In this document: positions 29,741 through 39,691 of the stretch, piece by piece
Position numbering within the stretch: position 1 is the stretch's first letter
Layout: each line of letters opens with the position of its first letter
Origin: Candidatus Omnitrophota bacterium
GTDB taxonomy: Bacteria; Omnitrophota; Gorgyraeia; Tantalellales; Tantalellaceae
DNA: 58,132 nt
Reading direction: 5' to 3'
NCBI GenBank assembly: GCA_014728075.1
Contig: WJMG01000071.1
Coordinates: forward strand, 1 to 58,132
The notes under the pieces: generated by a model
Told to the model about the DNA's origin: nothing
The model's input: only the letters and a program-made list of their open reading frames with translations
Databases searched by the model: none
Program-made: the position numbers and the translations under genes

Positions 29741-29830
29741 GCGCATCGCGTACCGCGTACCGCAGAAAGGCATCGTTTCGGAAAAAGTTTTTTCGTGAAA
29801 CGCGATACGCGGGTCGCGGTACTCGGTACG
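29741..29830. repeat. Intergenic element of inverted 7-bp tandem repeats (CGCGTAC type)
   Basis: GCGCATC-GCGTACC-GCGTACC-GCA ... CGCGATA-CGCGGGT-CGCGGTA-CTCGGTA-CG. Confidence 0.7.
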
Positions 29831-29837
29831 AAGGATT

Positions 29838-30989
29838 ATGGGACCGATCGAAATCATACGATACATAGCGAAACAGATCATAGAGAGCGTCGAGTATATG
29901 CTTTTAAGGGTCTTATTGCGCAGGCCTTCCGGGAGGCGCGGCGGGGAACCGCAAAGGATCCTTATAGTCCAGCTTAACTCCATGGGGGATGTGATAATGT
30001 CTTCCGCCGCGGTGGAGGCGGTTAGGGACAGGTTCCCGGAAAAAGAAATATACATGGCGGTGCTTCCGTCGACCAAAGAGCTTTTGGATGACGATCCGGA
30101 TATTGACGGTATTTTTGTATGCGGGAACAGGTTCTGGCGCGATATTTCCCGGTTCCGGGACTCTGTAAAAGAGATAAAACGCATGCGGGAGAAGAGATTC
30201 TCCCTCTGCGTGGACCTGGGGGGGACTTTCGGGTCGATGGCGCTTTCCCTGCTGTCCGGATCGTCAAGCGTAACTGGCCCTTTAAGGGGTTTCAGGTACG
30301 GTCTTTTCCGCTCCGACACATCGCTGTTCTTCAACAAAGCGGTCAAACAGCGCGAAAAGCACATTATCAGGAGATACAACGAATTGGTGGGATCTTTGGG
30401 ATGTATCCCGCGGAGCGAAGAAGAGAAGATATATTTTCCCGGGGAGAAAAAAGCAGAGGCCCGTAAGTTCATGGAAGACGCAGGACTGGAGCGAGAAGGT
30501 TTTTTTATCGTGCATCCGGGCGCCAAGTGGCCGCCAAAGAGGTGGCCCGAGGATAATTTCGCGCAGCTGATAAGCTCCGCGCGGTCCAGGGCCGTGCTGG
30601 TGGGGGCGGGATATGACCGGGACTCCCTTGAAAGGATAAAGGCCGCCAGCGGGAGAAGCGACGCCGTGGTCGCCTGCGGCCTTCCTCTTCCTTCGGTAGC
30701 GGGCCTGATAGAGAACTCCTCCTTTTTCGTCGGCAACGATTCCTCCCTTTCGCACATGTGCGCCGCGCTCGGCGGCAGGGGAGTGGTCCTTTTCGGTCCG
30801 ACCGACCCCGGGGTCAGCCGCCCGCTTTCAGAGGATCTCCGTGTTCTGCACGACAGGATATCCTGCTGGCCGTGTACCCTTTATTACAGGAAGGACAGGT
30901 GCGAAAGAGGGGATAATCTTTGCCTGAAGGGTATAACCCCCGAAAGGGTCCTGGAAAGCCTGCGGGAAATTACTGGAGGTGTCCGATGA
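29838..30989 (+). CDS. GT9 family glycosyltransferase
   Basis: SMGDVIM, HPGAKWPPKRWP, VGNDSSLSH, LFGPTDP and CWPC motifs. Confidence 0.9.
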   Translation: MGPIEIIRYIAKQIIESVEYMLLRVLLRRPSGRRGGEPQRILIVQLNSMGDVIMSSAAVEAVRDRFPEKEIYMAVLPSTKELLDDDPDIDGIFVCGNRFWRDISRFRDSVKEIKRMREKRFSLCVDLGGTFGSMALSLLSGSSSVTGPLRGFRYGLFRSDTSLFFNKAVKQREKHIIRRYNELVGSLGCIPRSEEEKIYFPGEKKAEARKFMEDAGLEREGFFIVHPGAKWPPKRWPEDNFAQLISSARSRAVLVGAGYDRDSLERIKAASGRSDAVVACGLPLPSVAGLIENSSFFVGNDSSLSHMCAALGGRGVVLFGPTDPGVSRPLSEDLRVLHDRISCWPCTLYYRKDRCERGDNLCLKGITPERVLESLREITGGVR

Positions 30990-32437
30990 GCAGGGGTCTC
31001 AAGGTCTTCTTTACCGCCTGGAGCGTATATCTTTTCTTTATTTACATTTATCCCCAGTCTATTTCAGGCCAGATGGTGGACCTCGGCATGTCACTGGTCG
31101 ATAACGCGAACACTTATCTCCGTTATTCCGCCGGGTTCAAGGATGTTTCTTTCTTCCGCGGGAATTTTCTCTCGGGGCATTTTCCCGGCGCGGCGGTGCC
31201 GGCGGCGGCGCTTTACGCTCTGGCCAAACCGTTTGTGCAGGGGTTGTCGGGAGCGGACAGCTTTCTGGTGATGAACGCGCTCTCCTGCGTCTTCATAGCT
31301 TCGGTGATGGGAGGCGTGACCGCGTCGCTGGTCTATCGTTTCGCCAGGCGAACGGACCTCGGCGGCAGGGCGGCCGTTCTTACGGCCTTTATTCTCGCTT
31401 TCGGGACCATCAGTTTCGGTTATTCCCTGGCACTTTACAAGGTCACACAGGTGTCTTTGTGCATGTTCTCGGCGTTCTATCTCATCTTCAGGGAAACGGA
31501 CAACGGCAGAAACGGCCCCTTCGCGTATTTCGCCGCCGGCGTACTTACAGGCGCGGGCGTGGCCACGCATCCCGTTTACGCGATTATCGGGGCCGTTATC
31601 GTTCTTTACGCCGTTTCAAAGGCGGGGGTCGGCAGGGGGCTCTTATGTCTTACGGGCGCGGTCTTGCCGCTTTTACTTCTCGCCTTTTATCTTAAAATTT
31701 CCTTTGGTTCTTACATAGCCGACCCTTACGCTTTCAGGGCGGATGCCGTCGAATATCCGTATGAACTCACTTATCCGAGATTGAGCAACTTTTTCTATCT
31801 GCTTTTCGGTTTAAAGGAAGGTTTTTTTATTTACATGCCCGTGCTTCTTTTCGCTTTTCCGGGGGTTGTCCGGGCCTGGAAAGGGGGGGTGTACCGCAAA
31901 GAGGCAGCGGCTGTCATGTTGATGCTCCTGGCGGTTACCCTCTTTTTTTCGGGATATGTCTTCAAGTCCGATCCCGGCAGGGTCGTAAGCGCCCACGATG
32001 CCGGTATACCTTCACGCTTTCTCGAGCCTTTATGCCCGTTCCTAGCCGTTATTGCGGGTTTCGGGTTCTCCCGCGCGCGCAAACGGGTGTTCTGCTCTTT
32101 ATCGGCCGTCAGCGTGTTTTTTTCCTATCTGGCGGCGCAGGCCGGTTTTCTTCCGGGAAAGGGAGGTACCCAGCTGGTGTATTCGGTTAAGGTCTTTCTA
32201 AGCAGTTTCGGCGTTCCGGTGCTTTTTTCCGAAACGCTTCCCGGCGTCCTGGGGATCGGCACCTTTCACACTTACCTGGCGGAAGCCCGGAATACTCTGG
32301 GAGAGCTGCTTGCCCCCGGCAACGGGGAGCTGCTGCTCCGTCTTCTAACTAACCAGATGATATTTGTCTTTCTTTTCGCGTCCATGTTCGCGGGCGCGGT
32401 GTATCTCTTGAGGCTTATGTGGAGGACCGGGCGATGA
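30986..32437 (+). CDS. Polytopic membrane protein, probable GT-C glycosyltransferase
   Basis: About 12 TM helices, AFGTISFGYS, GFFIYMP and PSRFLEP motifs, inside the glycan locus. Confidence 0.6.
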   Translation: MSRGLKVFFTAWSVYLFFIYIYPQSISGQMVDLGMSLVDNANTYLRYSAGFKDVSFFRGNFLSGHFPGAAVPAAALYALAKPFVQGLSGADSFLVMNALSCVFIASVMGGVTASLVYRFARRTDLGGRAAVLTAFILAFGTISFGYSLALYKVTQVSLCMFSAFYLIFRETDNGRNGPFAYFAAGVLTGAGVATHPVYAIIGAVIVLYAVSKAGVGRGLLCLTGAVLPLLLLAFYLKISFGSYIADPYAFRADAVEYPYELTYPRLSNFFYLLFGLKEGFFIYMPVLLFAFPGVVRAWKGGVYRKEAAAVMLMLLAVTLFFSGYVFKSDPGRVVSAHDAGIPSRFLEPLCPFLAVIAGFGFSRARKRVFCSLSAVSVFFSYLAAQAGFLPGKGGTQLVYSVKVFLSSFGVPVLFSETLPGVLGIGTFHTYLAEARNTLGELLAPGNGELLLRLLTNQMIFVFLFASMFAGAVYLLRLMWRTGR

Positions 32438-33891
32438 TCGCGTTCAAAGAAAAAAAGCTGTTAGATATCCCCTCTTTCAGGATATTTCTTGTGCTCGCCG
32501 CTGTTCTGGCGGTCTACTGGAAAGGGATGAACTATTTTTTCGAAGGCGATGACTACTCCTGGCTCAAACTCGCCTCGGTGACCGAAAACCCGATCAGGTT
32601 CTTTGACCCTTTCTACAAACCTTTATGGTACGAAACACATTTTTTCCGTCCTGTTCCCAGGGCGGTTTTCGATCTGGTGCATGGTCTTGCCGGTATGGAA
32701 CCGTTCCCGTACCATCTGATGAACCTTTTTCTTCACATGGCCAATGTGGCGCTTCTTTACCGTTTTGTCAGGTCTCTGTCAAATGACGGATCTGCCGCCA
32801 TTGTGGCGGTGCTTATCTTCGCGTTCCACTTTGAGCATTTCGCCGGTGTAATATGGATAGCTAATCTACATTCGCTGGTGATGGTGTCTTTCGGGCTGTT
32901 GATGCTTACGAACTGGAGCGTATACCTGAGAAATGGCGGTAAAAGGGCATATTCCGGATCTATGCTGTTCTTTCTGCTCGCGGGTCTTTCCAAAGAGGTC
33001 TCGGTAGCCAGCCTTTTGCTCCTGGCCGCGGCTATGGAGTTGATCTTTTTCCCGGACGGGGAAAACAGGTTTTCCGTCCGGGAGTTTGCCCGCAAATATA
33101 TTCCCATGGTGCTTATTGCCCTGTTGGTCTTCGGGTTGTTCTACGCGCACAGGTATCCTTTTGAGGCGCGGTTCGGTTACGGGTTCAAGCCGGATCCTCT
33201 AGGATGGATGGCGACCGCCCTTCGCATGCTGCAGCTTCTTATAGTGGAGACCTATACTCCCAGACCCCTGAAAGCGTTCATTTCGCTTGTTTTTGTAGCG
33301 GTCCTGATATTCAGCTTTTTCACTTTCAGGAACAGGGAAAGGGAGATGGACAGGTTCATTCTTTTCGGGGCCGTCTGGATCTCCCTCAATGCCGTTATCA
33401 TATCTTTTCTGGCTCCGGCGGCCGCGCATTACTGTTATTACATGTCCATAGGGCTGGGCCTTTTTCTGGGAGGTATAGCCTCGGCTTTCAGCGGGAGAAA
33501 GGAAGGTATGAAAGAGCTGGGTATCACGGTTCTAGCCGTTCTTCTCTTGTTCTCGGCATGGAAGATGCGGCAAAAAATGGAGGCGGTATATTCGGGGAAA
33601 TGGTACAGAAGCCTTATCTCTCAAATGCAGGAGCATCTGCCGACAGTTGCCGATGGGCAGAGCGTAACTTTTATTGCCGACAGGGATGACCCTCATTTTT
33701 TCGAGTACCGACTGAACGGGCTGAGGAACCCTCTTGAGTTGCATTACGGCAAAACACTTGATATAAAGGTATATAACCGCGAAAAGTATAAAGCGTCCGG
33801 TCCAGGGGAGGGGATTTCAGGGCCGGCCTTTTCGGCGGAGAGCGATATCCGGAAAGATCGGTTGGTGATCGAGCCCCTCGAGGAGAGATGA
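32434..33891 (+). CDS. Polytopic membrane protein, GT-C/PMT-like
   Basis: FEGDDY loop, FFRPV, YHLMNLFLH, FAFH and LSKE, as in the TMTC-like protein but without TPRs. Confidence 0.7.
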   Translation: MIAFKEKKLLDIPSFRIFLVLAAVLAVYWKGMNYFFEGDDYSWLKLASVTENPIRFFDPFYKPLWYETHFFRPVPRAVFDLVHGLAGMEPFPYHLMNLFLHMANVALLYRFVRSLSNDGSAAIVAVLIFAFHFEHFAGVIWIANLHSLVMVSFGLLMLTNWSVYLRNGGKRAYSGSMLFFLLAGLSKEVSVASLLLLAAAMELIFFPDGENRFSVREFARKYIPMVLIALLVFGLFYAHRYPFEARFGYGFKPDPLGWMATALRMLQLLIVETYTPRPLKAFISLVFVAVLIFSFFTFRNREREMDRFILFGAVWISLNAVIISFLAPAAAHYCYYMSIGLGLFLGGIASAFSGRKEGMKELGITVLAVLLLFSAWKMRQKMEAVYSGKWYRSLISQMQEHLPTVADGQSVTFIADRDDPHFFEYRLNGLRNPLELHYGKTLDIKVYNREKYKASGPGEGISGPAFSAESDIRKDRLVIEPLEER

Positions 33892-33892
33892 A

Positions 33893-35008
33893 ATGATAAA
33901 AATAGCCTATGTCCTTAACAGGAAGGATGTTTTCAGCGGAGGCGAGATAAGCCTGCTCGAGCTTCTGGCCAGGATCGACAGGACCCAGTTCGAGCCCCTG
34001 GCCGTATGCCCCGGAGAAGGGCAGATGTCACGCAGGATACGGGACATGGGAATGGAAACGCTTGTTCTGGAACTCCCCCCCGTAAAGAGCTGGAACCTGA
34101 TGCGTACCAGGAATACGATATTGGAACTCCGGGAGATCATACGCGGCAAAGGTGTGAGCATCGTTCACGGTAACGGTTCAAGGGCCCAGTTCTATTCTTC
34201 GTGCGCCGTCCGCGGGACCGGTGCCTCACTCGTCTGGCATGTCAGGGAGTCCAAGAAGGATGTGAGATTATACGACCGGTTCCTGATGAGGAGCGCGGAC
34301 AGGGTGATCTTCGTTTCGGAAAAAGCCGCGCGCGACCGTTTCTCGGACAGGGAACTGGACAAGAGAAAGACCAGTATTGTTTATAACGGCGTTGATACGG
34401 AGAGACTGGTCAGGGACAAGGCCGGGGGAGAGAAGACCCGCCGTAAGTTCGGGATCGGTGAGAAAGATGTCCTGCTGGGCATAGTGGCCCTTATAGAACC
34501 TTTAAAAGGCCACGATATACTTCTGCAGGCACTTGCGCTTTTAAGGAAAAAAGAGCCGGGCGTCAAATTGCTCGTAAACGGTAAGACGGTGAATGAAAGG
34601 TTCCGGAAGGCGCTGGAGAAGGCCGTTGCGGAAACCGGCCTGGAAGGGGCGGTCATTTTCGGCGGATACGAGGAAGATATCACGAATGTGCTGTCCGCTC
34701 TGGACATTTTCGTCCTTCCTTCCAGGCGTGAGGGCTTTTCAAGGGCCCTCATCGAAGCTATGTCCTGTTCACTGCCCGTAGTAGCGAGTTCCGTGGGGGG
34801 TAATATGGAGGCCGTTAAGGACCGGGTTTCCGGCCTGCTTGTGCCCTACGGAGACCCTGAGGCCCTGGCGGAAGCCCTGCTGGAACTCGTTTCCGATCCG
34901 GGGGCGGCTCGGGAAATGGGGGCGAAGGGACGGAAACGCGCGGAAGAGCTTTTCAGCATCGAACAGCATGTGGCGCATGTGCAGAATTTGTATTATAAAC
35001 TTAAGTGA
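33893..35008 (+). CDS. GT4 glycosyltransferase
   Basis: SGGE, VYNGVD, KGH and PSRREGFSRALIEAM motifs. Confidence 0.92.
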   Translation: MIKIAYVLNRKDVFSGGEISLLELLARIDRTQFEPLAVCPGEGQMSRRIRDMGMETLVLELPPVKSWNLMRTRNTILELREIIRGKGVSIVHGNGSRAQFYSSCAVRGTGASLVWHVRESKKDVRLYDRFLMRSADRVIFVSEKAARDRFSDRELDKRKTSIVYNGVDTERLVRDKAGGEKTRRKFGIGEKDVLLGIVALIEPLKGHDILLQALALLRKKEPGVKLLVNGKTVNERFRKALEKAVAETGLEGAVIFGGYEEDITNVLSALDIFVLPSRREGFSRALIEAMSCSLPVVASSVGGNMEAVKDRVSGLLVPYGDPEALAEALLELVSDPGAAREMGAKGRKRAEELFSIEQHVAHVQNLYYKLK

Positions 35009-35017
35009 ACAAAAGGG

Positions 35018-35093
35018 CCGGTAACGGGTTACGGGTAGCAGGTTTCGGGGTATGGTTTAGCCCGATGCCGGGCACCTGAGACCCGGCACCTGA
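35018..35093. repeat. Intergenic element of inverted 7-bp tandem repeats (CGGGT../..ACCCG type)
   Basis: CCGGTAA-CGGGTTA-CGGGTAG-CAGGTTT-CGGGGT ... GCCCGAT-GCCGGGC-ACCTGAG-ACCCGGC-ACCTGA. Confidence 0.65.
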
Positions 35094-35098
35094 TAATT

Positions 35099-37363
35099 AT
35101 GAAGATAGGCGTTGATGTAAGGGAATTCAGGAAAGGGGTTTTTACGGGGATAAGAAACCTGCTTAAGGACTTTCTTTTCAACGCCGATACCATGTCGCAC
35201 GGCTTCGTTCTGTTTGCCGACAGTCAGACGGATCTGGAGGCCCTTCCGGAGAACATGGAAAAGGTGGTCCTGGAATGCCGTTCCGTTTTTCTGTGGGACC
35301 AGGTTGTCCTGCCGCGAGCCCTGGAGAGGCAAGGCGTGGATGTCTTCTTTTCTCCTTATCCAAAGACGCCCTTAAGAAGGGTATGCCCGTTCGTTAACAT
35401 GATATGTGATGTGATACCGCTGGCGGTACCGAAATACAGCGGTTTGAAAGGTGTTCTGGAAAAGGCGCACTTCATCCTTGTTTCGGGAATATGCGGCCGG
35501 CGTTCCTCGGCGACAATAACCATTTCCGAGGATGCCCGGATGAGGATCACCCGAATATTCGGCCTTCCGCTTTCCAGGGTAGGGGTCGTACATCCTTCCG
35601 TGCAGCGGGGCTCCGCGTGTCAACAGCGGGCATATGGAAAATACGGCTTGAAGAAAGGTAAATACATCCTTTATCTGGGTAATTTCAAACCTCATAAGAA
35701 CCTGGAGAGGCTTTTAAAGGCATATTACCTGCTGCCCTCGGGGCTCAGGAGCGAATACGCCCTTTTGCTGGCCGGCGGCGAAGGCAAAGATTTCGATCGC
35801 ATAAAAAAAAGGACCGGAGAGTTCGGGAGAGAAGGTAATGTGGTCATCGCCGGGACCGTGGACGAGCAAGATAGATGTTCACTGGTAAAAGATGCCGGGG
35901 TGTTCGTTTTTCCGTCTTTGTGCGAAGGGTTCGGACTTCCTCCTCTGGAAGCCCTCGCGGAGGGCGTGCCCGCCGCCGTATCCAACCTGTCCCCAATGAC
36001 CGAGGTGCTGGGGCCCGGCGCGGTGTATTTCGACCCGTACGATCCCGTGGATATATCGAAAAAACTCGTTTCGCTTCTGACGAACGGCGATCTACGGTCT
36101 TCCTGCGCTAGAGCGGGCATGAAAAGAGCGCAGCGTTATTCCCCGAAAACCACGGCCCGGGATCTGACGAATCTGCTCGTGGATACGGGGCTGGGAAAGA
36201 TATTGTGTGTGAGCAGCGAATTCCCGCCCCTGAAAGGGGGGATCTCGACCATGGTATATAACCTCTGGACCAGACTGCCTTCCAGGAGAGTGATAATACT
36301 TACGGCGCGGCCCGGAGAGGAGAAGGAAAACACTGTTCTTTTTTCGCCCGAGCTCGTGCGCGAGCCCTATCCTCTCGGAGGCGATACTCTTTCCAGGATA
36401 AGAAGGACCTTTTTCCTCGTATGCGAGATATACAGGCTGTCTTTGAAAAGGAATGTGAGAATGGTCCACGCTGCCCAGGTAATGTCCGCGGGTATAGCGG
36501 CCTTAATGCTCAAGATGCTCAAGGGGTTCCCCTATGTGGTTTATGTCTATTCCGCGGATATGCTCGAGTTCGGCGGGAACCCTTTTCTGAGGCCTTTGCT
36601 TTCACGGGTGCTCGGGAAAGCGGATTCGATAATATCCTGCAGTGAATTCGCGAAAGACCTCGTGGTGAATAAATATCCGGGATACCGCGGTAAGATCACG
36701 GTGCTTACCCCCGGTGTGGATACCTCACGGTTCGGGCCGGAGTGGTCCGCTCCCGGAATAAGGTCCAGGTACGGTATACCGGTGGAAAATAAAGTGGTCC
36801 TGAGCGTATCCAGGCTTTCCCTGAGGAAGGGCCACGATACGGTCATAGAAGCGTTAAGCCTCATAAAGGATGAACTTGAAAAAGTCACATACACCGTTAT
36901 CGGGGAAGGCGAACAGAGACAAAACCTTGAAAAGCTGGCCCGGGAAAAGGGACTGGCGGATAAGATAGTCTTCGCGGGTCCCGTTCCCGAGGAAGAACTC
37001 GTGTATTTTTACACGGATTGTGATATTTTTATACTGCTGCCCAGATATGTCAGGGAAACGGGCAGCGTGGAGGGTTTCGGCGCGGTTTTTCTGGAAGCGA
37101 ATGCCTGCGGGAAACCGGTGATCGCCGCCAGCAGCGGTGGTGTTCCCGAGGCGGTGATCGACGGGGAAACCGGTATTCTGGTCGAACCGGAGGACGCCTC
37201 AGGAGCGGCTGAGGCCCTTAAAAGGCTTCTCGGGGACCGGGATCTCGCCCGTAAGATGGGGATGGCCGGCAGAGAAAGGGTCTTAAGGGATTTTGACTGG
37301 TCTGCCCGGGCGGAAAAGCTTTGGGATATGGTCCGCGAAGTGGAGAGACGGAAGAAGAGATAG
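35099..37363 (+). CDS. Tandem GT4-GT4 fusion glycosyltransferase
   Basis: Two complete GT4 modules. First: KPHKN and EGFGLPPLEA. Second: SSEFPPLKGGI, RKGHD and EGFGAVFLEA. Confidence 0.9.
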   Translation: MKIGVDVREFRKGVFTGIRNLLKDFLFNADTMSHGFVLFADSQTDLEALPENMEKVVLECRSVFLWDQVVLPRALERQGVDVFFSPYPKTPLRRVCPFVNMICDVIPLAVPKYSGLKGVLEKAHFILVSGICGRRSSATITISEDARMRITRIFGLPLSRVGVVHPSVQRGSACQQRAYGKYGLKKGKYILYLGNFKPHKNLERLLKAYYLLPSGLRSEYALLLAGGEGKDFDRIKKRTGEFGREGNVVIAGTVDEQDRCSLVKDAGVFVFPSLCEGFGLPPLEALAEGVPAAVSNLSPMTEVLGPGAVYFDPYDPVDISKKLVSLLTNGDLRSSCARAGMKRAQRYSPKTTARDLTNLLVDTGLGKILCVSSEFPPLKGGISTMVYNLWTRLPSRRVIILTARPGEEKENTVLFSPELVREPYPLGGDTLSRIRRTFFLVCEIYRLSLKRNVRMVHAAQVMSAGIAALMLKMLKGFPYVVYVYSADMLEFGGNPFLRPLLSRVLGKADSIISCSEFAKDLVVNKYPGYRGKITVLTPGVDTSRFGPEWSAPGIRSRYGIPVENKVVLSVSRLSLRKGHDTVIEALSLIKDELEKVTYTVIGEGEQRQNLEKLAREKGLADKIVFAGPVPEEELVYFYTDCDIFILLPRYVRETGSVEGFGAVFLEANACGKPVIAASSGGVPEAVIDGETGILVEPEDASGAAEALKRLLGDRDLARKMGMAGRERVLRDFDWSARAEKLWDMVREVERRKKR

Positions 37364-37423
37364 CGTACAGGGGAGAAGGAACAGTCTAAAAGCTATATAG
37401 GGAAAAACTTGAAAGGCCAGGGA

Positions 37424-37503
37424 AGATTTAGACTGAGATTTAGATTTAGCAGGCCTTCGGTCTGGATCTTTTACTCGATCTCAATCTGAATCTCGGTCTA
37501 AAC
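37424..37503. repeat. Intergenic element of inverted 6-bp tandem repeats (AGATTT type)
   Basis: AGATTT-AGACTG-AGATTT-AGATTT ... ATCTCA-ATCTGA-ATCTCG-GTCTAA, with an internal CAGGC-CTTCG-GTCTG hairpin. Confidence 0.7.
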
Positions 37504-37507
37504 TATC

Positions 37508-38671
37508 ATGGAACAACTTAAAATACTGCACGCTATAACAAGACTGGACAAAGGCGGATCCGCTTTTAATACGCTTTTGAGCGCTATGGGATCGGCCCAA
37601 CGGGGTTATTTAGTGGACCTTTTGTACGGGGCCACGACCGATACGGACCCGGACCTCCTTGCCAGGGTGGAAGCTTCCGGTGTACATCTTCTCGAGGAGA
37701 AGGAACTGGTGCGTGATATCTGTTTCGCGAAGGATCTCAAAGCTTATTCCCGCATCAAAAAGGTCATCCGTACGGGCAAATACGATGTGGTGCACGCGCA
37801 CTCCTCAAAGGCCGGTTTTCTGGCGAGGCTGGCCGCGCGGAAATGCAGGGTTAAATGCGTTGTTTATACGCCCCACGGCCATGTTTTCTACGGTTACTTT
37901 TCAAGGTTCCTTTCGCTTTTTTCACTCGCGCTTGAACGCTTCGCCGCGGGGTATTGCGACAGGATAATAGGACTTACGGGATCCGAGTGCCGTGAATGGC
38001 TGAGATTCGGTGTCGGCGCTCCGGAAATGTTCCGCGTGGTGCCGAGCGGCCTTGAGTTCGACAGGATCGCGCAGAGGAAGAGGAACACCGCGTCCTGGAA
38101 AACCCGGTACGGGATAGGAGAAGCGCAAAAGATCATAGGGGCCGTTGGCAGGTTCGTGGACATAAAGGGTTTCGAGTATTTTATAAGGGCCGCCATAGAC
38201 CAGCTTTCGAAAAGGGACGATGTCGTCTTCGTTCTTGTCGGCGACGGGCCGATGAAGAGTGATTACATCCGGATGGTGGCCGGTTCCGGTCATCCCGACA
38301 GGATAAAGATACTTCCCTGGCAGGACAATGTAGATGAAGCCATAAGTTCTTTTGATGTTTTCGTGATGCCCTCCCTGAACGAGGGCATGGGCAGGGTGCT
38401 TATAGAGGCGATGTTCTTCGGGAAACCGGTCATAGCCAGCAGAGTGGGAGGCGTGCCGTCGATACTCGAAGGGGGCTGCGGCATACTCGTGTCCCCCGGG
38501 AACCCGTACGAGATCTCCGGGGCGATCGACAGGTTCCTGGAAGATCCGGCCATGGCCGCCGAAACGGCTTCAAAGGGCAAGCAAAAAGCGCTCACCGAGT
38601 ATTCGGCGGATAACATGGTCGAGAAACTGGAGGAAGTGTACAGGGAAGTGCTGGAGGAAAAGAGCAAGTAA
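37508..38671 (+). CDS. GT4 glycosyltransferase
   Basis: ITRLDKGG, HAHSSKAG, YTPHGHVF and PSLNEGMGRVLIEAM motifs. Confidence 0.93.
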   Translation: MEQLKILHAITRLDKGGSAFNTLLSAMGSAQRGYLVDLLYGATTDTDPDLLARVEASGVHLLEEKELVRDICFAKDLKAYSRIKKVIRTGKYDVVHAHSSKAGFLARLAARKCRVKCVVYTPHGHVFYGYFSRFLSLFSLALERFAAGYCDRIIGLTGSECREWLRFGVGAPEMFRVVPSGLEFDRIAQRKRNTASWKTRYGIGEAQKIIGAVGRFVDIKGFEYFIRAAIDQLSKRDDVVFVLVGDGPMKSDYIRMVAGSGHPDRIKILPWQDNVDEAISSFDVFVMPSLNEGMGRVLIEAMFFGKPVIASRVGGVPSILEGGCGILVSPGNPYEISGAIDRFLEDPAMAAETASKGKQKALTEYSADNMVEKLEEVYREVLEEKSK

Positions 38672-38786
38672 AAAGTAGAAAGTAAAAAACATAGGAAGTG
38701 TCTTTATATGCATGGGGACGAAGTAAACAGGATATTCCAGAAAATACATATTCTTTTTACTTTTGCCTTTTTACTTTTTACTTAAA
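38666..38786 (+). repeat. AAAAGTA-heptamer inverted-arm element, copy 2
   Basis: AAGTAAAAAGTAGAAAGTAAAAA ... CTTTTTACTTTTGCCTTTTTACTTTTTACTTAAA. The left arm overlaps the stop codon of the upstream GT4. Confidence 0.85.
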
Positions 38787-38797
38787 ATGTAGGTTTA

Positions 38798-39490
38798 GTG
38801 GAGAATATGAAGATCGCAATACATCAACCTCAATATATGCCATGGCTCGGTTATTTTGACAAGATGGACCGGGCCGATGTTTTCGTCGTTCTTGACGATG
38901 TGCAGTTCAAGAAGAACGAATGGCAGAACAGGAACAGGATAAGGACCGCCGATTCCTGGCAGTGGATGACCGTTCCCGTGATACACCATTTCGGCCAGAC
39001 GATCAGCAGCGCGGCCATAGACAATCATTCTAACTGGAAGAAAAAGCATTTAAAGGCGCTGGAGTCCAATTACGCCCGTGCCTGTTTTTACGATGAGCAC
39101 ATGCCCTTTTTCAGGGAGATCTATTCGCGGGAATGGACTTCACTCTGCGAGCTTAATTGTTGTATAATAGACAGAATAAAGGCGTTAGTCGGGATAACGG
39201 CCGATACGCTGCGAAGCTCGTCCATGGAGATAACAGGTTCGAGTACGCGAAGACTGGCGGATATATGCCTCGCCCTGGAAGCCGATACTTATATTTCCGG
39301 AGCGGGGGGAAGGGATTACCTTGACCTTTCTCTTTTTGAAGAGGCCGGGATAAAGGTCGAGTTCCAGGAATACAGGCACCCGGTCTACGAACAGGTCTTT
39401 GAGGGGTTTTTCCCTTACATGTCAGCGGTAGATCTTTTGTTCTGTAAGGGGCCGGAGAGCCTGGAGATCATCAGGAGCGGGAGGAAGTAA
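38798..39490 (+). CDS. wbqC: WbqC family protein
   Basis: AIHQPQYMPWLGYFDK, DDVQF, WQNRNRI, YISGAGG and MSAVDLLF motifs. Confidence 0.93.
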   Translation: MENMKIAIHQPQYMPWLGYFDKMDRADVFVVLDDVQFKKNEWQNRNRIRTADSWQWMTVPVIHHFGQTISSAAIDNHSNWKKKHLKALESNYARACFYDEHMPFFREIYSREWTSLCELNCCIIDRIKALVGITADTLRSSSMEITGSSTRRLADICLALEADTYISGAGGRDYLDLSLFEEAGIKVEFQEYRHPVYEQVFEGFFPYMSAVDLLFCKGPESLEIIRSGRK

Positions 39491-39691
39491 CCGGCTTCGC
39501 CGGAAGGAAAAAGTTAAAAGTAAAAAGTTAAAAATATACGAGTTTGCTTTATGCTATGGAAAGTCCAGAGGCGTGAAAACAAGAATTATGATATTGTCCC
39601 AAAAGACACATTACCTTTTTACTTTTGCCTTTTTACTTTTTACTTAAATAAGCGGAATTCATAGTTTAGTTTTAAAACATAGGAGTCTACG
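39491..39691 (+). repeat. About 200-bp direct repeat A, containing AAAAGTA element copy 3 and the RBS
   Basis: Matches 40314-40511 with 8 mismatches over the first 180 nt (manual alignment). Confidence 0.92.

Noticed and set aside
29726-29977. 83-aa ORF over the CGCGTAC element, and ORF 41769-41963
   Set aside because: Both translate repeat or promoter DNA, with no RBS or protein-like features.
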